The notes under the pieces are model-generated. The model ran no database searches and was not told the DNA's origin. It was given only the letters and a program-made list of their open reading frames with translations. A program made the translations under genes and the position numbers. From positions 25,975-89,974 of the forward strand of contig JBGARA010000002.1 of assembly GCA_044230475.1 (NCBI GenBank): a stretch of DNA of 64,000 nt, read 5' to 3'. This stretch comes from Pyrinomonadaceae bacterium. GTDB taxonomy: Bacteria > Acidobacteriota > Blastocatellia > Pyrinomonadales > Pyrinomonadaceae. Below are positions 46,642 to 55,741 of this stretch, piece after piece. How positions within the stretch are numbered: the stretch's first letter is position 1; every line of letters begins with the position of its first letter.

Positions 46642-47574
46642 ATGGCAGATGATGGTAAGAGTTTAAGAATGGAAGGAATCGGAGCGACAAAGAACGATAT
46701 CGAGATGGAAGACCGTCAACGAAACGAACCGGTAAATTCTGAGCAGTGGACGCTGATAATAAAGCCAAAAAGTGGTTGGCTCGATCTTCATCTATCTGAC
46801 CTGTGGCGTTATCGCGATTTGATCATAATGTTCGTCCATCGTGATTTCTCGCTTTATAAACAGACGATACTCGGGCCGCTGTGGTTTATAATCCAGCCTT
46901 TGCTGACGACTCTGACATTCACGGTGATCTTTGGCAACGTCGCGCAGCTTTCGACTGACGGCTTGCCTAAAGTTCTGTTCTACCTTTCCGGCGTTACTGC
47001 ATGGAGCTACTTCTCTGAGTGTCTCCTTAAAACATCGGAAACGTTCAACCACAACTCAAATATTTTTGGCAAGGTTTACTTTCCGCGACTTGCTGTGCCG
47101 GTATCGATCGTGATCTCAAATTTGATCAAATTCGGTATACAGCTTGGGTTGTTCCTCGGGTTCTATTTTTACTTTATGGCGGGTAACAGCAGCATTCGGC
47201 CTACGACGGCTTTGTTTTTGTTGCCTTTGCTCCTTTTGATGATGGCCGGGCTGGGTCTCGGAGCCGGAATAATAGTTGCGTCTTTAACGATACGTTATCG
47301 CGACCTCAGGTTCCTTCTTCAATTCGGCGTTCAATTGTTAATGTATTCGACGCCGGTTATCGTCCCGTTGTCCAGAATTCCGGAGCAATATCGCGGAATA
47401 ATTGCGGCAAACCCTATGAGTCCGATCATTGAGACCTTTCGTTACGGATTTCTCGGCGCGGGCACATTCAGTTGGGAACTACTGGGTTATTCCGCGATTT
47501 TCACGATCGTTATTCTTGCGGCGGGAGTGTTGCTTTTCAATCACGTTGAAAAGACCTTTATGGACACTGTTTGA
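46642..47574 (+). CDS. ABC-2 type polysaccharide export permease (Wzm/TagG-like)
   Basis: 310 aa. LWRYRDLIIMFVHRDFSLYKQTILGPLWFIIQPLL signature region and six hydrophobic helices. Confidence 0.85.
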   Translation: MADDGKSLRMEGIGATKNDIEMEDRQRNEPVNSEQWTLIIKPKSGWLDLHLSDLWRYRDLIIMFVHRDFSLYKQTILGPLWFIIQPLLTTLTFTVIFGNVAQLSTDGLPKVLFYLSGVTAWSYFSECLLKTSETFNHNSNIFGKVYFPRLAVPVSIVISNLIKFGIQLGLFLGFYFYFMAGNSSIRPTTALFLLPLLLLMMAGLGLGAGIIVASLTIRYRDLRFLLQFGVQLLMYSTPVIVPLSRIPEQYRGIIAANPMSPIIETFRYGFLGAGTFSWELLGYSAIFTIVILAAGVLLFNHVEKTFMDTV

Positions 47575-47608
47575 GTTCTCAGGAACCGGCTGCTAAAAGC
47601 TACTATTT

Positions 47609-48886
47609 ATGTCTGACATTGTTATTCAGGTAGACGACCTTTCTAAACGTTACCGCCTTGGTGTGATCGGGGGCAGGCGGCTCGTCGAGGACATTAATCG
47701 TCAATGGGCTCGTCTAAGAGGTAAACCTGATCCGTTCATAAAAGTCGATGCCCACCAAAATGGGAAAAGTAATGGTTACAGCTCTGAGGAGATATGGGCT
47801 TTAAGAAATGTTTCATTTGACGTTCGGCAAGGCGAGGTCCTGGGATTCATCGGGCGCAACGGCGCGGGTAAGAGCACGCTGTTCAAAATACTGTCGCGAG
47901 TGACGGCTCCGACGAGTGGCCAAGTCCGCGTCAAGGGGCGCATTGCAAGTCTTTTGGAAGTTGGAACCGGTTTTCAACCTGAGCTTACGGGACGTGAAAA
48001 CACTTTCCTCAACGGAGCCATTCTCGGTATGACCAAAGCTGAGATCCGCTCGAAGTTTGATGAGATCGTTGAGTTTGCCGAGGTTTCCAAATTTATTGAC
48101 ACTCCGGTGAAACGTTATTCCAGCGGTATGTATGTTCGGCTAGCATTTGCGGTTGCCGCACATCTTGAGCCGGAGATACTGATCGTCGATGAAGTTCTTG
48201 CCGTGGGTGACGCGGAGTTCCAAAAAAAGTGTCTGGGTAAAATGGGCGATGTTGCTTCACAGGGAAGGACCGTTCTGTTCGTCAGCCACAATATGGCCGC
48301 CGTGCAAACACTTTGTCGTCAAGCCGTGTTTCTCCGCGAAGGGCGGTTGATCGGACAAGGCGAACCCGCAGACATGATTGCTGACTATTTGGAATGTTAT
48401 ACCGTTCAGCATCAGGTTTCAGAGTGGACTAATCCGGCTGAAGCTCCCGGCAACGATGTCGTGAAGATAAAATGCGTGAAAGTGGTTCCCGATGGCGAGG
48501 CGTCTGATGGAATCATTAGTATGCAGCATCCGATCAAAATTGAAACTGAGTTTTGGGCTACGAAGGCCGACCGACCAGTTCATATTGCTTATCACTTGCT
48601 AAATGAGCAGGGAGTAGTGGTGCTGACCACAGGGTCGGAGACAAAGAAATATGATCCCGGTATTTATCGTTCAGCATTTCATATACCCGGTGGATTGCTG
48701 AATTCCGGTATCTACTACCTCAAACTTCTTATAGTTGAAAACGGCGCGCGTACAACCTTCACAAGAAACGATATTGCGTCGTTCAATGTAGTCGATATGT
48801 CTGCCAGAGGCGGAGCGTATGTGAAAGAGCCGGGTGTCGTACAGCCACATCTTAGCTGGTCTACCGAGGGGGTTGGCCGCTTGTAG
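47609..48886 (+). CDS. polysaccharide ABC exporter ATP-binding protein (Wzt/TagH-like) with C-terminal extra domain
   Basis: 425 aa. Walker A GRNGAGKST, signature YSSGM, Walker B ILIVDEVLAVGD. About 170 extra C-terminal residues of beta-rich sequence, as in Wzt carbohydrate-binding domains. Confidence 0.9.
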   Translation: MSDIVIQVDDLSKRYRLGVIGGRRLVEDINRQWARLRGKPDPFIKVDAHQNGKSNGYSSEEIWALRNVSFDVRQGEVLGFIGRNGAGKSTLFKILSRVTAPTSGQVRVKGRIASLLEVGTGFQPELTGRENTFLNGAILGMTKAEIRSKFDEIVEFAEVSKFIDTPVKRYSSGMYVRLAFAVAAHLEPEILIVDEVLAVGDAEFQKKCLGKMGDVASQGRTVLFVSHNMAAVQTLCRQAVFLREGRLIGQGEPADMIADYLECYTVQHQVSEWTNPAEAPGNDVVKIKCVKVVPDGEASDGIISMQHPIKIETEFWATKADRPVHIAYHLLNEQGVVVLTTGSETKKYDPGIYRSAFHIPGGLLNSGIYYLKLLIVENGARTTFTRNDIASFNVVDMSARGGAYVKEPGVVQPHLSWSTEGVGRL

Positions 48887-48903
48887 TAAGAGGCTATCGA
48901 ACT

Positions 48904-49815
48904 ATGAATAGCAGAACGAGATCGATAATCAAATCGGTAAAAAAGACGGACCTAGTCTGGCGTTACGGTTATAATCTCTCGCCAACCTTGGATTATAAGT
49001 TCAAAAACAAAAGTCGGCTCAGTAGTGTTGAACGGAGTATTATCGATACTCTTAACTCAGACGGGATCGCCATTACATCGGTGGAGGAACTTTTTGAGGA
49101 CCAATCGCAGTTCCAAAGTCTTGATACGGCCACGAAAGTCTTGCTGGAAAACAGGAAACAAGAGATAGACGATCTGAAGACACAAGTTAACGACCCGGCA
49201 ATTGGAAGTAAGACGTTCAATTTGGAAATGTTAGGCAGCGAATTGACGTTCGATTCTGAAAGCATTTTTGCTCAATTTGCATTGAACCCACGATTGCTCA
49301 ATATCGCGAATGCGTATTTTCAAATGTATGCAAAGCTACGTTATTACAATGTTTGGAAAACCTTTGCTTCGCAGGGAATGGCCCGCGAATCTCAGCTTTG
49401 GCATTTTGATCGTGAGGATAATTATATCCTGAAGTTATTTTTATATTTGGACGATGTTGATGAAGGAGCAGGTCCTTTTACCTACGCACCCGGCACTCAT
49501 AGAAAAGGCCGCTTTCGTTCGATCGAACCTGAGTTTTTCATGGAAGGAGGCGTTCGGCGAACCAAAGACGAGCAAATGGATGCAGCCTTTCCAAAAGAGA
49601 AATGGAAAAGAGGTACCGGCAAAAAGGGAACCATCATTTTCGCCGATACAAGAGGTTTTCATAAAGGCGGAGAGGCGAGGACAAAAGACAGGCTGATGTA
49701 CACCTGTATGTACACATCGCAGGCGTCAGAATCAAAGGAACTCCTTAGTATTCCGGCAAATATTCGCGGGAGGGACCTAACCCCGGATCAGTTAAGAAAT
49801 TTGGGTATTAGATGA
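48904..49815 (+). CDS. putative Fe(II)/2-oxoglutarate dioxygenase (phytanoyl-CoA dioxygenase-like)
   Basis: 303 aa. Candidate facial triad WHFDRED ... PGTHRKG. The surrounding LFLYLDDVDEGAGPFTYAPG resembles PhyH-family strands. Assignment is tentative. Confidence 0.55.
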   Translation: MNSRTRSIIKSVKKTDLVWRYGYNLSPTLDYKFKNKSRLSSVERSIIDTLNSDGIAITSVEELFEDQSQFQSLDTATKVLLENRKQEIDDLKTQVNDPAIGSKTFNLEMLGSELTFDSESIFAQFALNPRLLNIANAYFQMYAKLRYYNVWKTFASQGMARESQLWHFDREDNYILKLFLYLDDVDEGAGPFTYAPGTHRKGRFRSIEPEFFMEGGVRRTKDEQMDAAFPKEKWKRGTGKKGTIIFADTRGFHKGGEARTKDRLMYTCMYTSQASESKELLSIPANIRGRDLTPDQLRNLGIR

Positions 49816-49850
49816 CAATTAGTCATTTATTATTGGATCATTGACCGCCA

Positions 49851-51311
49851 ATGACTCTACTACACCACTCACATTCTAAAAACAGTTCGTCCAACGCGAG
49901 AGAGTCAGGCGAGGTAAATTTCCTTCTACTTTCCACGTCGCTTTTGGTTGATCGTGTGTTTTTACATACGAAATTGATCGATACGCTTAGGCAACACGGA
50001 AATGTGTCAATTTGGGCATCGTCATATGGTGAAACTGGAGCGGAATCGTGCTGGGCAGGTGTGGACGCCGACGTTCAGAAGTTTCCCCATATTCGAGCAT
50101 TTAAGGAAATTCCGCATAACTATCTCCGCAGGCTAAATGAGTTTGTCTGGGATTATCGTTATCTGCCCCCCAGCCGGATGAGCATGATGGAGCATGTCAG
50201 AGATAAAAATTACGCACTGCAAGTGCGAGCCCTAAAGCCGGCTGCGCGCGTCCTGGCCAAGCTCCAGACCGAACGCCGCATCGAAAAAAGGCTGGAGAAA
50301 TTATTGTTATCTTATCCCCGTTCGGATGAGGCTGAGAGACGTCTACGCGAAAATCGGCCGGACGTAATTGTAACTACCGGGCCATTTCAATTTGAACAGC
50401 CGGGCGTTTTTGCTGCGGCAAAGAAATTAGGCATACCGACTCTCGCATATATTCCGTCATGGGACAACATTTCGACGAAAAATCGGATGGTATTCAATTA
50501 TGACGGTTATATCGTCTGGAACGAAAAGGCAAAAAAGGAGCTGCGTGAATTCTATCCATCAACGATAGACAGTCCGGTTTATGCAGTTGGTGCTCCGCAG
50601 TTCGATATATTTCAGCAGGAACGTTTTTACATAACACGCGAAGAATTTTGCAAACAACAAAGTCTCGATCCAAAACTTCCAATAATAGTTTACGCAGTTG
50701 GTTCACCAAATTTTCTTCAGGAAAAACACGGTGCCGAATATATGGCAAAGCGAGTTGCGAAGGACGACTTGGGTGATGTTCAACTTTTGGTGAGGCCGCA
50801 TCCGATACACGATAACGCCGAAATGCGTGAACTTTTCGATCCTTATAAGCCGAAAGTCAGATTGCAGGAGACGCCGAACACGGGAAAAGCCTTAACACAA
50901 AGAACGCAGGACGAATTACAAATAGTTGAGTGGGTGAACACTTTTAGACATGCAGATGTCGTCGTTAATCTGTCCTCGACGGTGACTATCGATGCGGCGA
51001 TATTCGACAAACCGGTGGTGAATCTGGACTTCGATCCGCAACCTGGACAAGCGGATCAGCAATTGATCAAAGATGTAAATCACAAATGGAATCACTTTAA
51101 ACCGATAGCCGAATCTGGCGGGGTTTGGCTGGTGAATGATTTTGACGAAATGGTGAACGCGGTCAAAGTTTACTTAAAGCAACCGGAACTGCATCGTGAG
51201 AAACGCCGTTGGATCGCCGAATATGTTTGTGGAAATTTAGACGGGAAAAACAGCGAACGCATGGCGGAAGCAATAACTGATTTCATAACGAAGGACAAAG
51301 TCAGAAGGTAA
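49851..51311 (+). CDS. uncharacterised GT-B/TagF-like protein, paralogue 1
   Basis: 486 aa. Alignable along its whole length with the 53275..54765 product (GIPTLAYIPSWDNISTKNRM vs GIPTATFIFSWDNLTSQGRI, VGAPQFD vs TGTPQFD, NLSSTVTIDAAIFDKPVVNL vs NVASTVSLELCIFDKPVINV). Contains LLVRPHP. Confidence 0.6.
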   Translation: MTLLHHSHSKNSSSNARESGEVNFLLLSTSLLVDRVFLHTKLIDTLRQHGNVSIWASSYGETGAESCWAGVDADVQKFPHIRAFKEIPHNYLRRLNEFVWDYRYLPPSRMSMMEHVRDKNYALQVRALKPAARVLAKLQTERRIEKRLEKLLLSYPRSDEAERRLRENRPDVIVTTGPFQFEQPGVFAAAKKLGIPTLAYIPSWDNISTKNRMVFNYDGYIVWNEKAKKELREFYPSTIDSPVYAVGAPQFDIFQQERFYITREEFCKQQSLDPKLPIIVYAVGSPNFLQEKHGAEYMAKRVAKDDLGDVQLLVRPHPIHDNAEMRELFDPYKPKVRLQETPNTGKALTQRTQDELQIVEWVNTFRHADVVVNLSSTVTIDAAIFDKPVVNLDFDPQPGQADQQLIKDVNHKWNHFKPIAESGGVWLVNDFDEMVNAVKVYLKQPELHREKRRWIAEYVCGNLDGKNSERMAEAITDFITKDKVRR

Positions 51312-51315
51312 TAGT

Positions 51316-53271
51316 ATGTGCGGTATAGCCGGAATGTATCAACGAAATGGAGGCCCTGCTTCGTTAGAAACGGTCAAAAAGATCGGACTGATGATGATGC
51401 ATCGAGGCCCGGATAATTTCGGCTTTGAGCAACATGGCAAGGTTGCGATGGCGCATAACCGGCTGAGTCTGCTTGACCTGTCAGCCTCTGCCAATCAGCC
51501 GTTCTCAAATGGCCGGTATTCTCTCATTTATAATGGTGAGATCTACAATTTCGGGCAGCTTCGAGAAGAACTGATCAAGAAATACGGCCTCAAATTCTCC
51601 ACAACCTCAGATACCGAAGTCTTATTTAATTTGCTCATTCATGAAGGCATAGACGCGACGCTGAGCAAAATTCAGGGCATGTTTGCGTTTGCTTTCTTCG
51701 ACGAGGTCGACGAAGTGTTATGGCTCGCACGCGACCGGATGGGCATCAAGCCGCTCTATTACTATCAGGAGAATGGTAGTTTCTATTGGGCGTCAGAGGT
51801 GAAAGCCCTGGTAAAAACCCTCGGACTGAAACCCGACCCGATCCGTACACTTTTTTCGGTTAATAACATGGCAGAAAAGTCTGCTGAATTTACTTTGTTC
51901 AAAGACCTCTTGCTTCTGCCGCCGGGTAGTTATTTGAGGATCGACGCAAATGGAGAGCCAAAAAAAGTTGTCTACTACGATGTGGTAGATGAATTTGACA
52001 ATGAGTATTACAACTACCTGAATAGCCAAACATCGAAAGATATTTTAACAACCTTCGAAGGGCTATTCGTTGACAGCGTGCAAAAGATGCTGATCAGCGA
52101 TGCTCCAGTAGGAGCTTTTGTAAGCGGGGGGATCGATTCCAGCCTCATCTCTGCAGTAGCTGCAAAGTTTAATGCCGACATCAAGCTTTTTACTGCAAAT
52201 GTTGTCGGCCGATATTCCGAGTACGAAGATGTTGAAAGATTATCTAAGCATATAGATAAAGAGGTCTATGCTTACCGGTTCGAACCAGAAATGATGCTTC
52301 GCGACTGGGCTGATGTTACCTATGCGTACGACTGTCCAATTGTCATACATGTAAACTCTATACCTTTTTCGAACGTCGCAAGGTTGGCACACGATTCAAA
52401 TGTGAAGGCAGTTTTAACGGGAGAAGGCGCGGACGAGTTGTTTCTCGGTTATCCGCAGTTATTAGCACAGCGGTATAGTTCCTTAGCTGCCTTTCCGGCA
52501 AACGCTGTCAGATCTATATACAATATGGTTCCCGCGCTCAGTAACTTTTTGTTTCCTGACCGCAATGCACCGGTGACCTTCATCAACAAACTTATACAGG
52601 GGTTTGAATTTCAGCAACTTAACGATCGGGCAAACGAAAAACTTTTATCGCTGGATAGCACTTTGCGTAAGGAACAATCCATGACGATAAATATGATCAG
52701 AGAGCATCTGATGACGCTTCTTCATAGAAATGACCGAATGGGTATGATGTCATCCATTGAGGCACGTTTCCCGTTTCTGGATGAAGCTCTTGTTAGGTTT
52801 GCCGTAAACCTTCCGACAAAATTCAAGATCGGAAGAACAAGAAGATTTAATAACTTCAAGCATCCATTCCTCGTCGACAAATGGGTCGTGCGCAAGATGG
52901 CCGAAAAATATTTACCGAAAGAAATAGTGAGAAAGAAAAAATTTGGATTCCCAATGTATGGCCATCAGTATGTGCGCGTTAATGAGAGCTTCTTCCGTGA
53001 CGGCTGGATAGCCGAGAGCCTGGGGTTGTCGAGCGATGTGCAGAAGTACTTTTTGGAGACTCAAGACCCCTACATGATAGGAAAACTTGCATCGGTTGAG
53101 ATCTTTGGAAGGATATTCGGCTTTGGCCACTCAACGGAGAGTGTAAAACAACATATTTACGATAACGCCAGGATCGACATGAACGGTAACACTTCTCGAC
53201 CAAACTTGACGGGCCTGCAACGGAAACTATCTGTACTGGGGCCAGCTATTATTGGTTGCTTTCTTGGTTAA
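51316..53271 (+). CDS. asnB: asparagine synthase (glutamine-hydrolysing) family amidotransferase
   Basis: 651 aa. MCGIAGMYQ, HRGPDN, NGEIYNF, PP-loop VGAFVSGGIDSS. Confidence 0.9.
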   Translation: MCGIAGMYQRNGGPASLETVKKIGLMMMHRGPDNFGFEQHGKVAMAHNRLSLLDLSASANQPFSNGRYSLIYNGEIYNFGQLREELIKKYGLKFSTTSDTEVLFNLLIHEGIDATLSKIQGMFAFAFFDEVDEVLWLARDRMGIKPLYYYQENGSFYWASEVKALVKTLGLKPDPIRTLFSVNNMAEKSAEFTLFKDLLLLPPGSYLRIDANGEPKKVVYYDVVDEFDNEYYNYLNSQTSKDILTTFEGLFVDSVQKMLISDAPVGAFVSGGIDSSLISAVAAKFNADIKLFTANVVGRYSEYEDVERLSKHIDKEVYAYRFEPEMMLRDWADVTYAYDCPIVIHVNSIPFSNVARLAHDSNVKAVLTGEGADELFLGYPQLLAQRYSSLAAFPANAVRSIYNMVPALSNFLFPDRNAPVTFINKLIQGFEFQQLNDRANEKLLSLDSTLRKEQSMTINMIREHLMTLLHRNDRMGMMSSIEARFPFLDEALVRFAVNLPTKFKIGRTRRFNNFKHPFLVDKWVVRKMAEKYLPKEIVRKKKFGFPMYGHQYVRVNESFFRDGWIAESLGLSSDVQKYFLETQDPYMIGKLASVEIFGRIFGFGHSTESVKQHIYDNARIDMNGNTSRPNLTGLQRKLSVLGPAIIGCFLG

Positions 53272-53274
53272 TGT

Positions 53275-54765
53275 ATGAAATTTGAAAGGTCAGCAATAAC
53301 CGATGTGCTAAGAACTTCGGACATTCAACCAAAATCAGATCTGGACATCGGTGAAAAGCCGGGGGTCTTTGTGATCGTCCCGCGCGGAGAAGCTATAAGA
53401 AATTTTGTATATTCAGGGGCTATCGATAGACTTGCTGACGGTTCGCGGCTGAATATACTGACCGTCGCGGTAAATAATGAATTTACAGACCTGCTTCAGT
53501 ACAAAAGTGACAGTGTTTTTCCTCTTACGGAGTATTACGACAGGTGGATCGTTCGTGTCCTGCGCGAAATCATTGATGTAACGCACAATCGCTGGATCTG
53601 GACGCGTGCAGCACAAGAACGGTCAAGACTGCGCGACCAGGAAGCCCGAACCTTTCGGGAAAAAGTTTTCAGAAGTGTAAAGAAAGTCATTGCATTTGCA
53701 TTTGCAAGTCGAAGCGGGTTGAACATCCTCACAAAAGCAGAACGAACGGTCAGCAAGTACCTTAGGACCACAAATGAGTATTTAGATCTGTATCAAAAGA
53801 CTCGTCCGTCGCTTGTATTCAATGCTTCGCACGTTCATAGCCGAAACGCAACTCAGGCTGTCGAGGCGGCTCAGTGGCTCGGCATCCCTACAGCAACTTT
53901 TATCTTTAGCTGGGACAATCTGACATCTCAGGGACGCATTATGCTTCCCTATGATTACTTCATAGTATGGAACGATACACTTAAACAGCAGTTGTTGGAA
54001 ATGTATCAATGGATCGAACCTGCAAATGTTGTTGTCACCGGCACTCCGCAATTCGACACTCATTTCTGGCCGCAATATTACCTCAGCCGAGAGGAATACT
54101 GCGAGCAGATCGGCGCGGACCCAAACAGACCTCTCGTTCTTTATACAACGGGTATGGCAAACCATATGCCCGGCTGTCCGAAAATTGTTGAAGGCATTGC
54201 GGACATGCTATTGGAATTTCCGGAGGAGCATAGGCCCCAACTTCTGCTCAGAGTTTATGCTAAGGATCTAACAGGTCGATTTGAAGATTTGAGAGCTCGC
54301 CGGAAGGATATCATTTTCATCGACCCGATCTGGGAACCAAAATGGCTTACTCCAAAACAGGAGGATGCATTTGCCTTGGTAAATGCTCTTCGTCATTGTT
54401 CGGTGGGCATCAATGTTGCTTCAACCGTCTCGCTGGAACTATGTATATTTGATAAGCCGGTGATCAATGTTGGTTACAATCCGCCTGATGTGACCGAGTT
54501 GTCCTACGCCGATTATTACGAATTCGATCATTACAAACCAGTTGTCGACAGCGGAGCGATCCAAGTCGCATACTCGCCAGAAGAAATGCGTCGATTTATC
54601 GGCGAATCTTTGCGATCTCCAGGGGAGCGAAAACAACAGCGCAGAGATCTGATAGATCAAATGTTCGGCTCAACACTTGATGGAAAATCGGGCATCAGAG
54701 TCGCGGATGCGCTACTGGAGATCGCGAAAAGGGGGCATGTAAGTTCCTCAAAACATGGAGAATAA
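53275..54765 (+). CDS. uncharacterised GT-B/TagF-like protein, paralogue 2
   Basis: 496 aa. Paralogue of 49851..51311 (see that entry). Has LLLRVYAKD where paralogue 1 has LLVRPHPIHD. Confidence 0.6.
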   Translation: MKFERSAITDVLRTSDIQPKSDLDIGEKPGVFVIVPRGEAIRNFVYSGAIDRLADGSRLNILTVAVNNEFTDLLQYKSDSVFPLTEYYDRWIVRVLREIIDVTHNRWIWTRAAQERSRLRDQEARTFREKVFRSVKKVIAFAFASRSGLNILTKAERTVSKYLRTTNEYLDLYQKTRPSLVFNASHVHSRNATQAVEAAQWLGIPTATFIFSWDNLTSQGRIMLPYDYFIVWNDTLKQQLLEMYQWIEPANVVVTGTPQFDTHFWPQYYLSREEYCEQIGADPNRPLVLYTTGMANHMPGCPKIVEGIADMLLEFPEEHRPQLLLRVYAKDLTGRFEDLRARRKDIIFIDPIWEPKWLTPKQEDAFALVNALRHCSVGINVASTVSLELCIFDKPVINVGYNPPDVTELSYADYYEFDHYKPVVDSGAIQVAYSPEEMRRFIGESLRSPGERKQQRRDLIDQMFGSTLDGKSGIRVADALLEIAKRGHVSSSKHGE

Positions 54766-55711
54766 AACAGTTTCCATTGTCACGCCCACATTTCGCCGAC
54801 CTGAAGAGGTGAGAGGATTGCTTGAGAATATTTCCAGGCAATCTATTTTGCCCATTGAGGTGATTCTCGTTGATGGCGCGCATGATGGCGATGTTTCAAC
54901 GGAGAACGTGGTCCGATCTCTAGCCGGAAAGTACCCATTTGAGATTAACTACATTCGTCAGGACGGTGGGACCGCTATCCAAAGAAATCATGGTATCGAT
55001 GCTGCCCGTGGTCGATTCATAGCCTTCGTCGATGACGACGTGCGTCTAAAGGAGGACTTTCTGAGTTCGATGTTAGAGGTTTTTGACCGTGATACGGAAC
55101 ATACAGTCGGTGGTGTTGTTGGCTACCGAGTCAATCAGTTTTTTGACATTGAGGAATCGGAACGCTGGCGTTGGTATAAGCGGTTGAGATTATTGTCGGT
55201 ATACGAGCCGGGCCGATATGATTTCGAGTGCGGGTATCCGATAAATAACAGCATGCAGCCACCGTTTTCGGGAACGAGGTCGGTTGATTTCATGACAACT
55301 GCGTGCGCGGTTTGGCGCCGTGAGGTGTTTGATACCGGCGAGCGTTTTCATGAGTTCTTTCGGGACTATGGCGTACTTGAAGATGCGCATTTTTCACTCA
55401 AGGCTGGACGTAAATGGAAATTGCTGCAATGCGGCGACGCGCAATGCGATGAGCTTCGTTCCCCAAACGGCAGAGTCGACCCGCGCCGGATCGGGTATAA
55501 GTGCGTGGCAAACTATTACTTCGTGTTTCGCGATGTGGTGGGACCACTTGGTGCTCGACGTTCTTTTAATTTTTGGCGGTACCAGGCATTTGAGTTTTTC
55601 CGTATTGCGATGTCGGCTCTGCGTCGCCGTCGTTGGAATGATGTGCAGGAACTTCGCGGCAGGATCGAAGGAACCCTTCGGGTAGCGCGAGGGTTTAATG
55701 AGCTCGCATGA
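54755..55711 (+). CDS. family 2 glycosyltransferase
   Basis: 318 aa. VSIVTPTFRRPEEV, ILVDGAHDGD, FVDDDV (DxD). 11-nt overlap with the upstream gene. Confidence 0.85.
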   Translation: MENKTVSIVTPTFRRPEEVRGLLENISRQSILPIEVILVDGAHDGDVSTENVVRSLAGKYPFEINYIRQDGGTAIQRNHGIDAARGRFIAFVDDDVRLKEDFLSSMLEVFDRDTEHTVGGVVGYRVNQFFDIEESERWRWYKRLRLLSVYEPGRYDFECGYPINNSMQPPFSGTRSVDFMTTACAVWRREVFDTGERFHEFFRDYGVLEDAHFSLKAGRKWKLLQCGDAQCDELRSPNGRVDPRRIGYKCVANYYFVFRDVVGPLGARRSFNFWRYQAFEFFRIAMSALRRRRWNDVQELRGRIEGTLRVARGFNELA

Positions 55712-55741
55712 CCCGAGATAATTATCCGACAATTATCTACG

